Shown piece after piece: positions 32,036-40,495 of a stretch of 64,000 nt of DNA (the first letter of the stretch is position 1; each line of letters starts with the position of its first letter). The stretch is taken from contig CBDCJO010000002.1 in assembly GCA_965217865.1 (NCBI GenBank), positions 4,096,001-4,160,000 of the forward strand, given 5' to 3'. Both the position numbers and the translations under genes were made by a program. The stretch is from Candidatus Latescibacterota bacterium (GTDB lineage Bacteria > Latescibacterota > UBA2968 > SICM01). Below the pieces are notes generated by a model. It was not told the origin of the DNA. It saw only the letters and a list, made by a program, of their open reading frames with translations, and searched no databases.

Positions 32036-32872
32036 TTATACAAATTTTCTCAAGAAGTCCTTCCCTCGAATGAACCCCTCTTCACGCCCCTGTGTCTTAT
32101 CCTCGTGTTCTATTGACAGCACTCCATCATATCCGATTCTTCGTAAGGCCGCTATAAATGGGCCCCACGCGATATCCCCGAACCCGGGAATGACATAACG
32201 CCACCATCCCCGTTCCTGGTTGCCCAGGTACCTAAGTTTATGGACCAGGACCTCCGTGTCCTTTGCGTGTACGTGGAAAATTCGTCCGGCGAAGCGGTCC
32301 ACGGCTTCTAGATGGTCAATTCCCTGCCAGTAGAGATGGGATGGGTCGAAATTAAGGCCGAAGCATTCGTCCGGGAGGATCTCGAAGAGGCGATCCCATT
32401 CCTGCAGGTTTCTGATGTTGGTTGCAGTCCAGTTCTCCAGTGCGATTTTCACACCCTTTTTCGCTGCGCGGGGGAGTATCCTGGAGAAGACCCGTGGGAC
32501 GACTTGCTCAATGGTCTCCAACCGGGTCATTCCGGGAAGCGGCAGCCCGGCAAGGGTACCGACCACATTCACTTCCATTGCGTTTGCAGCATCGATCGTT
32601 TTGATCAGATGGTTCGCGACCGAACGCCGCGTTCGGGCATCCGGGTCAGTGGTGTTAATGTAACAACCTAGGCTGGAGATGCGAAGGCCTTTGTCCGACA
32701 CTTTCTTCGCGATCTCCCTTGCCTGGCGGGCGGTCAGGGTCGCCGGATCCAGGTGTGGACTTCCAGGTGTGGCGAGGATTTCCAGGGCATCGAAACCGTG
32801 ATCCAGAGCAAAATCGATCACGTGATCCAGACTTTTATCCCGGAAGGGTACTGTCAGGAGTCCGATTTCCAT
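32036..32872 (-). CDS. Sugar phosphate isomerase/epimerase (AP_endonuc_2 TIM barrel)
   Basis: IALENW, GLNFDPSHL, FHVHAKD, PGFGDIAW, LSIEHED. Confidence 0.88.
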   Translation of the reverse strand: MEIGLLTVPFRDKSLDHVIDFALDHGFDALEILATPGSPHLDPATLTARQAREIAKKVSDKGLRISSLGCYINTTDPDARTRRSVANHLIKTIDAANAMEVNVVGTLAGLPLPGMTRLETIEQVVPRVFSRILPRAAKKGVKIALENWTATNIRNLQEWDRLFEILPDECFGLNFDPSHLYWQGIDHLEAVDRFAGRIFHVHAKDTEVLVHKLRYLGNQERGWWRYVIPGFGDIAWGPFIAALRRIGYDGVLSIEHEDKTQGREEGFIRGKDFLRKFV

Positions 32873-32980
32873 GTGCGGGGTTCCTCCTTTAAAAGAAAAA
32901 ATCCCAGAACTTCCCTGGGACAAGGCTGTGAGAAAAAAGATATGTGGATTTGGTCTGGCAGCTAGGCGTGTTAATAGATG

Positions 32981-33583
32981 TTATCCGTACTTGATCCCGT
33001 CGATGAGTTCTTCCACCATCGGCAGCGGAGGATCCTCTTCTCGGATACGTCGAAAAGCCCGGATCTGGTCTACCTCGGCGGTAAGCCGGCTTATGGCCAG
33101 GGCGCGCCGTTCGTCGATTTGACCGGTCCAGACCGCTTCCTGGATCGAGGCCAGGAGGTTGTGTAGCCGTCGGCCGATGACAATTTCCTCCTCAGACATC
33201 GCGAAACGGTCAGCGGCCTCCGATGCGGAGATGTTGAATCCACCGATTCTGAGGAGGGCGTCGGCTTCTTCTAGGGCCATTAAAGGACTCCTTTGAAGAT
33301 TCTCCTGAAGCGCGACCTCCAGCGCCAGATCATCGGGGACACGGCGAACGATGGCGGGGATTTGAAAATGGCCGAGCCGACGGCAGGCCTCCACCCTGCG
33401 ACGACCGGAAATCAACAGATAACGTTCTTCCCGGGGGGACACCAACACAGGGATCAAGAGTCCGTAGCGCTCAATCGAGTGGGTGAGGTCCTCCAGCTCC
33501 AGGTCGCGTTTTCGGTGACGCAACGGAAGGTCATCATCGATTCGGTCGAGGGGGATATCGAAGAGCGTGTCTACCGAGGCCAT
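32981..33583 (-). CDS. ParB/Spo0J-like CTPase-domain protein (short, atypical HTH)
   Basis: SIERYGLLIPVLV, ISGRRR, ALQENLQR, EEA motifs. Confidence 0.85.
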   Translation of the reverse strand: MASVDTLFDIPLDRIDDDLPLRHRKRDLELEDLTHSIERYGLLIPVLVSPREERYLLISGRRRVEACRRLGHFQIPAIVRRVPDDLALEVALQENLQRSPLMALEEADALLRIGGFNISASEAADRFAMSEEEIVIGRRLHNLLASIQEAVWTGQIDERRALAISRLTAEVDQIRAFRRIREEDPPLPMVEELIDGIKYG

Positions 33584-33622
33584 GGATTGGTGTCGGATAT
33601 TCCGGTCTGACAGGAGGCGGAC

Positions 33623-34492
33623 CTACAGATTTTCCCACTCCGTCTCGGGCATGTCTTGGGAAAGCTTGAGGGCTCCGAGCGCCCCACTGTAGATCGGGTC
33701 GTCGACGACTCGGACCCGAGAGGAACCGAATTCGGCGAGGTCATTCTCGATGATCTCCGGCAGCCCCTTGATCTGACTGCCTCCCCCGGCCAAGATGATG
33801 TGATTTCGGAGTTCCTCCTGGAATTCCGGTTCAAAGGTCGTAATCAGTTCCCGGATCGAGGCCAGGGCATCGGGGAGTATGCTTTCGCACGACTCCTTCT
33901 GGTCGATGTCATCCGGTATCGTTCCGTGCATCCGGCAGAGGTCCAAGGTGCCCGCGCCGATGTCCACGATTAGGGCGTTGTTGTATATGCCCAGGCCGTA
34001 TGCCACGAGAAAGGGTTCAGAGACAACCATAACAGCATCCACGAGCCCCTGAACACTGTCGATAATCGCCTGTTTGTCGCTGAGGGTCGCCAGGGCCGGT
34101 GAACCGATGATGGTCCGAACGGTTTGGTTCTCTTTGACCTCGGCCAGAGAGATGACGTGTCTTACGAGTTCATCTCCGGCGATGGCCTCCCGTTCGTTTG
34201 TATCCCCTCCGTTCGTGGTGCGGTACTTGAGGATACCGTTTTCAAGAGGATAGACCAGATCAAGGGCCATCCGATTACGGATGCACTCTTCCCCGAAAAC
34301 GATGGGTTTCTGAATAAATTTATACGAGATCAGGTCTTTCGGCCACCCCACGACAGAGGGAACCGTACGTTTGATGCTCGTACTCGTGGCAATGGAGGAA
34401 TTGGCGGTTCCGAGATCGATTCCCAGGTAAACTACATTGCTTTTCGATGACTCTTGTTGATAAGGCGCGCTTGCTCCCGTCTCCTCCGCCAT
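33623..34492 (-). CDS. mamK: MamK-like actin ATPase
   Basis: YLGIDLGT, SVVGWPKD, YPLENG, VVSEPFLVAYGL, IVDIGAGT, ILAGGGSQIKGL, DPIYSGALGALKL..W follow MamK rather than MreB. Confidence 0.8.
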   Translation of the reverse strand: MAEETGASAPYQQESSKSNVVYLGIDLGTANSSIATSTSIKRTVPSVVGWPKDLISYKFIQKPIVFGEECIRNRMALDLVYPLENGILKYRTTNGGDTNEREAIAGDELVRHVISLAEVKENQTVRTIIGSPALATLSDKQAIIDSVQGLVDAVMVVSEPFLVAYGLGIYNNALIVDIGAGTLDLCRMHGTIPDDIDQKESCESILPDALASIRELITTFEPEFQEELRNHIILAGGGSQIKGLPEIIENDLAEFGSSRVRVVDDPIYSGALGALKLSQDMPETEWENL

Positions 34493-34584
34493 AGTTCGTT
34501 TACCTCCCTATAGACAAATTCGGGAAAGGGGCCCAAAAAAACAGGTGACAAGTGAAGAATGATCTCATCACCCAATCTGTCCGA

Positions 34585-34956
34585 CTAACTGTTTTCGGCG
34601 GGGCGAATTCTAAATTTTGAAGCCACCCCTCCGGGGATGGTTTGAATATCGGGTCTCGTCCTGTCGCGAAGACCGAGGGGATGACGTTCCTGTTGCGATG
34701 GGGGTGATGCGAGCTCATATTGTAGAACTTTTTCCTTCAATCCCGCCCGCCCCATCAGGGTGGAGAACGCAGCCGCAGATTGGCGGTCCTCAAAAGTTCG
34801 ACCGCCGAGGTCAAGGGTGGATATCTCCTCCGTTTGAGGTGAAAGCAATGCTTTCTCCTGGTCCATCCGGCGGCGAAGATATACGCTGTGCCGAATTGCC
34901 CGACCCTGTTCAAGGTCCTCGTCTCGGAGTATATTGATAAGATGATTAAGTCCCAA
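34585..34956 (-). CDS. Hypothetical protein in the mamA-mamK-parB-like operon
   Basis: 123 aa, co-oriented, about 22 bp after the TPR gene stop. Confidence 0.5.
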   Translation of the reverse strand: MGLNHLINILRDEDLEQGRAIRHSVYLRRRMDQEKALLSPQTEEISTLDLGGRTFEDRQSAAAFSTLMGRAGLKEKVLQYELASPPSQQERHPLGLRDRTRPDIQTIPGGVASKFRIRPAENS

Positions 34957-34978
34957 GCCTAAACCTTAATGCAGAACT

Positions 34979-35911
34979 TCAGTCCGATTTCTTGAAGAAT
35001 TCTATCGCTTTATCGTGTTCCCCCTTGGACTCATAAGCTAGACCGAGGCTCCGGTAGATGCCTTGAAAAGTGGGGGCGCGTTCCACGACGCGGAGGTAAG
35101 ATGCGACCGCTTCGTTGTAATTCTTGTTTTGAATGTGGACGGTCCCAAGGCGATAGTGGCTCTCCGCAATTTCAGGGGCCAGTTCGATGGCCTTCGTCAG
35201 ACAGCGCACAGCCTCGTCGTGGTTACCGTTTTTCGTGTAGATATCCGCAAGCTTGTAATATGCCTTCAGGTAGCTCGAGTCCAAGGAGATGGTTTTCCGA
35301 TAAGACTCGATGGCCTCACGGTGGTTCCCGGCATTATCGAAGGCCACGCCGAGTTTGAAGTTGGCCAAGGCATTCTTTTCGTCAAATTCGACGGTCTTAC
35401 TAAAGGATTCGATGGCCTTTTCATATTCTCCGTTGTTTCCGTTGTTGTTGTAGTTAATCCCGAGTCGGTCGTGTATGTAGGCCAGGTCTTCCTTTGACAG
35501 GCCGAATACATCCTCATAGAAGGAGACCGCCCGATCTGACAGACGCTTGGCGTGAAGGAGGAAGGAGTAGCAGGTGTTTTCAAAATCGCTTATCCGGTGC
35601 TCCAAACGATCAAGCCGAGCCTCGACATTTTTTAGCCTCCGGCCTTCCCCTTCATCTCCTTGCCAGGTCTCTTCACGAGCCCCCCAATCCTCAGTCAAGG
35701 TTTCTTTGGGGGATTTTTCTGCAGCGGGTTCTCCGGTCTCCTGACCCGTCTTGGATGGTATTTCTTCATCAGGAGAGGCGTACTCCTTCAGGACACTGGA
35801 CCTGGTCGATTCGGTGGAGGGGCGTCCCTTGAGCCCTACAGCTGGGGGTGGAATAAACAGCCGTTCCTTTCGTTTGCGCTTTGGGCCGGTGGGTCTCTGT
35901 TCTTGGTTCAA
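34979..35911 (-). CDS. MamA-like TPR protein with disordered/coiled-coil N-terminal extension
   Basis: About 5 TPRs; pre-TPR helix HAKRLSDRAVSFYEDVFGLS..D...GI and end AYESKGEHDKAIEFFKK resemble MamA; GAAGGGGG RBS before TTG. Confidence 0.7.
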   Translation of the reverse strand: MNQEQRPTGPKRKRKERLFIPPPAVGLKGRPSTESTRSSVLKEYASPDEEIPSKTGQETGEPAAEKSPKETLTEDWGAREETWQGDEGEGRRLKNVEARLDRLEHRISDFENTCYSFLLHAKRLSDRAVSFYEDVFGLSKEDLAYIHDRLGINYNNNGNNGEYEKAIESFSKTVEFDEKNALANFKLGVAFDNAGNHREAIESYRKTISLDSSYLKAYYKLADIYTKNGNHDEAVRCLTKAIELAPEIAESHYRLGTVHIQNKNYNEAVASYLRVVERAPTFQGIYRSLGLAYESKGEHDKAIEFFKKSD

Positions 35912-36131
35912 GGCGACCCCCCTTCAGAGGGAAGAATATTTTTGGGCGTGATCTTCGGGTATTCCCGAGAAGGAATGCTAAACCACTTACTTATGAGTGG
36001 GATAGGCATTGAAGAGAATGGCGGGGATATTCGGCGATGGCTCCCCCGAACGCTTCCCGGGCAACCGGGATGACCGACAATTTTATTCGGGATTATGGAA
36101 TATATAGGATTGAGATTAGTATAATACGCTA

Positions 36132-36242
36132 TATATAGTTAAAAGCGGTTAAGAAGTCAAGCCCTTTTTTTCATAGTTATTTAGAGCATATCCACACAGT
36201 TAAATAGATAGTTAAAAGGGTGAGAGAAGTCAAGCCTTTTTT
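36132..36242 (-). promoter_or_regulatory. Tandem duplicated sigma70 promoters for the mamA-like operon
   Basis: TTGACT-N17-TATCTA (36233-36205) and TTGACT-N17-TATATA (36160-36132) within a ~35-bp direct repeat. Confidence 0.65.
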
Positions 36243-36343
36243 AGTTCGCTTTTGATGGGGATTTGCCCCTTCTTACCGCAGTCAAATTTTGCCCCATCAA
36301 TGATTTACTTGACATGGGGTCGGCGGATTGCGTTTTTGAAGCG

Positions 36344-36958
36344 ATGGATGGATTTTTGCTTGCAGGGGGAGAGAGTCGGCGGATGGGGCGGAACAAAGCC
36401 CTGTTGCACGCCGGGGGCGTTCCGTTGATACGCCGGGTGGCAGACGCCCTCTCGATCGTGGCAGACCGGATGGTCGTAATTGCCAACGAACCTGAGGACT
36501 ATGGGTTCTTAGGCCTGCCGATCATCAAGGACCGGGTGATGGGCGCCGGGCCGTTGGGGGGTATTTACACCGCCCTGAAAGCGGCAGGTTCCGATCTGTG
36601 TTTTGTCCTGGCCTGTGACTTGCCTCTGATGCGCCCCGGTATGCTGAAAATCTTAGAGCAAAATGCACCGGGTTATGATGCCACAGTCCCTCGCACCTCT
36701 CGGGAGGATCACCCCCTGAGCGCGGTATACGCAACAACGGGACTGCGGTTCGCAGAGGCCCAGATCGAAAAAGGGGATTACAAGGTCACTCGGTTTCTGG
36801 ATCGAATCCGCACAAGGTGGGTCGGTCCCCAAGAGTGGGGAAAGGCGGATCCGGAAGGCCGGTCGTTCTTAAACGTGAATACCCCGGAGGATTATGACCG
36901 GATCCTCGAGTTCGTCGCTTGCGGAAAGAGGGAAAGAGATGATGGTTTTGGTTCATGA
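36344..36958 (+). CDS. mobA: Molybdenum cofactor guanylyltransferase
   Basis: LLAGGESRRMGRNKALL, GPLGGIYTAL, LACDLP, FLNVNTPEDY. Confidence 0.9.
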   Translation: MDGFLLAGGESRRMGRNKALLHAGGVPLIRRVADALSIVADRMVVIANEPEDYGFLGLPIIKDRVMGAGPLGGIYTALKAAGSDLCFVLACDLPLMRPGMLKILEQNAPGYDATVPRTSREDHPLSAVYATTGLRFAEAQIEKGDYKVTRFLDRIRTRWVGPQEWGKADPEGRSFLNVNTPEDYDRILEFVACGKRERDDGFGS

Positions 36959-37030
36959 CAATGCATTACAAAAATAGGACGCCTAACCGGGTAGGCATCC
37001 CAAATCGTTGAGACAGTTCAGTGGCAATGG

Positions 37031-37348
37031 CTATAGGGTTCCTGCCGGGATTTCGTAGGCCTTCTCCACCTCGTCGGTGGAAACCATCTCGATGGCATCC
37101 CACGGACATTCGCGCACGCACTGGATGCAGCCGATACAGTCTTCGACACGGACTTCACAATAGGAACCGATGCCGTCGAGCCCCGCAGCCTGCACATCCT
37201 CTTCCTCGATGCAGTCTGTAGGACAGAACTCGATGCACATGTTGCAACCCGTACACATATCCGGGTTGATGATGGCTATGCTCCGGGGCCGTTTCTTCTT
37301 CGGCACGATTTTATCGGCAAGCCAGGCATGTTCCGTGATTCGTGCCAT
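37031..37348 (-). CDS. 2[4Fe-4S] ferredoxin
   Basis: CTGCNMCIEFCP and CIGCIQCVRECP. Confidence 0.9.
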   Translation of the reverse strand: MARITEHAWLADKIVPKKKRPRSIAIINPDMCTGCNMCIEFCPTDCIEEEDVQAAGLDGIGSYCEVRVEDCIGCIQCVRECPWDAIEMVSTDEVEKAYEIPAGTL

Positions 37349-37357
37349 TTTTTGTGG

Positions 37358-37400
37358 TCCTTCGACTACGCGGCGCTGGTGCGCCGCTCCGCTCAGGATG
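37358..37400. repeat. CCTTCGACT...CTCCGCTCAGG REP-like element (also 46426-46470, 55344-55386)
   Basis: Three copies share ends and differ in the internal hairpin. Confidence 0.7.
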
Positions 37401-37504
37401 TAATCCGGTGCTAGCGGGTATTCGTCACAGGTCTAACCTTGATCGTTCATTTCGACTGTCCAAATGTAAAACAAACCGGTTATTTGTCAAGTGAGACGCA
37501 GGCC

Positions 37505-38368
37505 CTATTCCGTAAGGTGGTGGGCGAAGGCGAAGAGGATATATCCGACCAGGATGGTCGGGAACAGGTTCAATGGGCCGATCAAGAGGCCTGATGCAAG
37601 AAAGAATCCTCCCGTGAAGCCGGCGGCGGCAAGAAAAGCCAACCCTCTTCCGAACCTCCCGACGCTGTGCGGGAGAACCGCGGTGAATTCTCCCGCGGGT
37701 GCGAATACAAGCTTACCGCGCTGGCGTTCCACCTCCAGCCGGTAAAGCTTCGTCATCACCTTTTCGTCCGGTCTGTCCTGATAGACCAGGAGGACGTTTT
37801 CATATTTCGTGGAGATGATCCTGGCGAGCTTCCCGTCGCGTCGGATGGTCACTCCTGGACAGAACGTTGTTCCGTCACCACTTGCCGGAGGGGCATCTTG
37901 CGGTGGCGTCGGTTGGGCACGGGCCTTTGCCTGTGCCTTTTTTGCGGCCATGGCCTCCGCACTGACGGAAGGCTCCCGCCCCGGTTTTGTCGCTGCTTTT
38001 GGAGCGGAAGGGGTTGGAGATTTTTTCCCGCCCGCCTTGGCGGCTCGCATGGCCTCGGCCTTGGCCTTTGCCCGGGCAACGCGGTCGGTGATGGCGTCGA
38101 GGCTGGATAGGTCGATCGATCCCTCGTCGGGTGGGCTCTCCGTTTGCGCCTGGGGGGGGGCCTCCGGCACAGGAGAGGCCTCTGCAGAAGGCGTCTGGGA
38201 AACGGGCGTTGGGGCCGGAGAAGCGGGCCCGGAAGAGGATGGTGTTCCCCCTTCCGTTCCTCCGCCCGCCTTGGCAGCCCGCATCGCTTCTGCTTTTGCT
38301 TTTGCCCGGGCGACACGATCCGAGATTCCGTCGAACGACGACAGGTCCACCTTTTTTTCTTCTGCCAT
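37505..38368 (-). CDS. Hypothetical membrane protein with two DLS..D.I.DRVARAKAKAEAMRAAK repeats
   Basis: Pro/Ala-rich linkers and a hydrophobic C-terminus; the same motif starts the Rieske protein. Confidence 0.7.
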   Translation of the reverse strand: MAEEKKVDLSSFDGISDRVARAKAKAEAMRAAKAGGGTEGGTPSSSGPASPAPTPVSQTPSAEASPVPEAPPQAQTESPPDEGSIDLSSLDAITDRVARAKAKAEAMRAAKAGGKKSPTPSAPKAATKPGREPSVSAEAMAAKKAQAKARAQPTPPQDAPPASGDGTTFCPGVTIRRDGKLARIISTKYENVLLVYQDRPDEKVMTKLYRLEVERQRGKLVFAPAGEFTAVLPHSVGRFGRGLAFLAAAGFTGGFFLASGLLIGPLNLFPTILVGYILFAFAHHLTE

Positions 38369-38429
38369 TTTATGGATCCCAAAGGAAACGACTTTGGTTT
38401 GCGTGTATCGATGATCCCGCAAGTCGGAA

Positions 38430-38521
38430 AATTTATCTCTGTGACGATTCCCTGTCAATAGAAAAGTTGGAGAAATGCGGAAATGCGCCAAGTTGACAAC
38501 CCCTGGGAAAGTTGATATATT
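38430..38521. promoter_or_regulatory. Divergent sigma70 promoters
   Basis: Minus: TTGACA(38458)-N17-TAAATT; plus: TTGACA(38493)-N17-TATATT. Confidence 0.65.
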
Positions 38522-38574
38522 CGCGCGATTGATCCAGACGATCTCCCATCATCCTAATTGAACGACCTGAGGAA

Positions 38575-39498
38575 ATGGAAGAATCGAAAGACGAGGAATC
38601 CCCGTTAACCCCGGAAAGCCTGAGACGAATCTCAGAGGAGGCCGGCAAACCCGAGTCGACCGCTGAATCTCCGATGAAGATGGTCGGTCAGCTCGTTTTG
38701 TTTCCGTTGGCCATCGCCGGAGTCTGCGTGTCGATTTTTCTTCTCTACAGCTTGCTCGCGCAGGAGGAGCGTACTCCACGGGACTTACTGAACGACGTTC
38801 GAGTAGGCGGATCGAGCCGGAGGTGGCAGGCGGCCTATAGCCTCGCTGCTCTTCTCAGCAAGGCCGATGGGAAGGAAACCGGAGCTGCCCTGGTCCCAGA
38901 GATGATCCGCACTTTCGAGGAAGCAAAAAAAGACGATCCGAGGGTCCGGCAATATCTCGCCCTTTCGCTCGGTGAAATTGGCGACCGGAGGGCCACACCC
39001 GCGTTGATCCTTGCGCTGGAGGATGCAGATGATCGGACTCGAATTTTTGCGATCCGGTCCCTGGGATTTTTGCGGGATACGAGCAGCGTGACCGCGCTGT
39101 TAACTCAGGCGGAGTCGAGCGATCCGGGCATCAAAAAGGCGGTGTCCCACGCGTTGGGGCTGTTAGGTGACGACCGGGCGGTTCCCGCGCTCCGCGGGAT
39201 GCTCAACTCAGGTGATCCCAACGTACGATGGAATGCAGCGCTGGCGTTGTGTCGATTCAAGGATCGACCGGGATTGGGTGTGATCGAAGAGATGCTCGAC
39301 CGGGATTTTTTAAACCGGATATCGGCAATGAACGAGGAGCAGCGGGAAGAGGCCATGCTGAATGCCCTCCGGGGCGTCGTGCTGCTTCAAGAACGCTCGT
39401 TTGACCAGACGCTGAACAGGCTCAAAATGAAAGATCCCAGTCTCAAGGTGCGACAAGCCGCAATCGACGCGATCGAAGCCCTGGAACAACCGAGATGA
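38575..39498 (+). CDS. Membrane-anchored HEAT-repeat protein
   Basis: One TM, then DPRVRQYLALSLGEIGD..A.PALI.AL.D repeats. Confidence 0.85.
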   Translation: MEESKDEESPLTPESLRRISEEAGKPESTAESPMKMVGQLVLFPLAIAGVCVSIFLLYSLLAQEERTPRDLLNDVRVGGSSRRWQAAYSLAALLSKADGKETGAALVPEMIRTFEEAKKDDPRVRQYLALSLGEIGDRRATPALILALEDADDRTRIFAIRSLGFLRDTSSVTALLTQAESSDPGIKKAVSHALGLLGDDRAVPALRGMLNSGDPNVRWNAALALCRFKDRPGLGVIEEMLDRDFLNRISAMNEEQREEAMLNALRGVVLLQERSFDQTLNRLKMKDPSLKVRQAAIDAIEALEQPR

Positions 39499-39530
39499 CG
39501 GATCGGCTTCAAACCCTTTCCTGTTTTTCC

Positions 39531-39559
39531 TTGACAGGTATGATTATCCTTTTTAATTT
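39531..39559 (+). promoter_or_regulatory. sigma70 promoter of the Rieske/cyt b operon
   Basis: TTGACA-N17-TAATTT. Confidence 0.55.
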
Positions 39560-39625
39560 CAAAGTCTATACCTCGAAAACTCACTCCTTTTTATTAAGAA
39601 CGGCTGCTGTCTTTTTCAAAGCAGG

Positions 39626-40468
39626 ATGACAATGTCAGAAGAGGGCAAGGTCGACCTTTCCCAGTTCGACAGCATTCAGGATCGGGTGGCGAGGGCCAAA
39701 GCGAAGGCGGAGGCTATGCGCGCGGCCAAAGGCGGGGCCGCGGCCCCTGCTCCTGAACAAAAGGCCGAGACCTCGCCGGAGGCTGCACAAACGCAAGCTG
39801 AAGCTGCGCCGGCTGTCCCGGAGCCGAAGGCCGTGCCGGCTCCCCCTGAAACAGCACCGGAGCTCCCTGCACCCCCCCCCTTAAGTACCGTGGAGAAGGC
39901 GGCTGCGACCCGAAAGCAGCGGGCCGCGACGCTTTCCAAGGCGGCGAGGGCGACGAAGGCGTCGGAGCCGGCCGATGCGGCTGTGTCCCGCCGGGGATTT
40001 TTCTCGTGGCTGGCCGTGGCGTGGGTGGCCTTTTCCGCTGCGATGGCAGCCGGCGTCGCCGCGATGACCCGGTTCCTCTTCCCCAATGTGCTGTTCGAGC
40101 CTCCCCAGGCCTTCAAGGCCGGGCTGCCCGAAGACTACGATCGAGGGAAGGTGGACGAGCGGTGGAAGGAAAAATTTGGAGTTTGGATCGTCCGGAACGA
40201 GGAGGGAATATTCGCGCTTTCCACCGTCTGCACCCACCTGGGCTGCACTCCGAACTGGCTCGAGGGAGAGAACAAGTTTAAATGCCCCTGCCACGGAAGC
40301 GGGTTCTACAGGACGGGGATCAATTTTGAAGGTCCCGCCCCCCGTCCATTGGAGCGCTACCGGGTTGTCCTCGCAAGCGACGGACAGATCCTGGTGGACA
40401 AGAACAAAAAATACCAGCAGGAGAAGGGTCAGTGGAAAGACCCCGAGTCTTTCCTGAGACTGGCTTGA
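39626..40468 (+). CDS. qcrA: Rieske Fe-S subunit with long N-terminal extension
   Basis: Tat motif SRRGFF, CTHLGC and CPCHGS boxes, GPAPRPL. Confidence 0.92.
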   Translation: MTMSEEGKVDLSQFDSIQDRVARAKAKAEAMRAAKGGAAAPAPEQKAETSPEAAQTQAEAAPAVPEPKAVPAPPETAPELPAPPPLSTVEKAAATRKQRAATLSKAARATKASEPADAAVSRRGFFSWLAVAWVAFSAAMAAGVAAMTRFLFPNVLFEPPQAFKAGLPEDYDRGKVDERWKEKFGVWIVRNEEGIFALSTVCTHLGCTPNWLEGENKFKCPCHGSGFYRTGINFEGPAPRPLERYRVVLASDGQILVDKNKKYQQEKGQWKDPESFLRLA

Positions 40469-40495
40469 GGAATTCGTCGAGGGAGATATAATAAG

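Noticed and set aside
35436-35453. NNGNNG microduplication in the TPR gene as a phase-variable tract
   Set aside because: A single in-frame 9-bp duplication; too short to support switching
32981-35911. Complete magnetosome gene cluster
   Set aside because: No mamB/M/E/O/Q/I/P or feoB homologues recognised in 64 kb; magnetotaxis cannot be claimed
36030-36080. Fluoride riboswitch (GGCGATGG...GATGAC)
   Set aside because: Pseudoknot pairing is not satisfied and no fluoride-related gene follows
36100-36245. Replication origin
   Set aside because: AT-rich, but only one imperfect DnaA box; tandem promoters explain the repeats better
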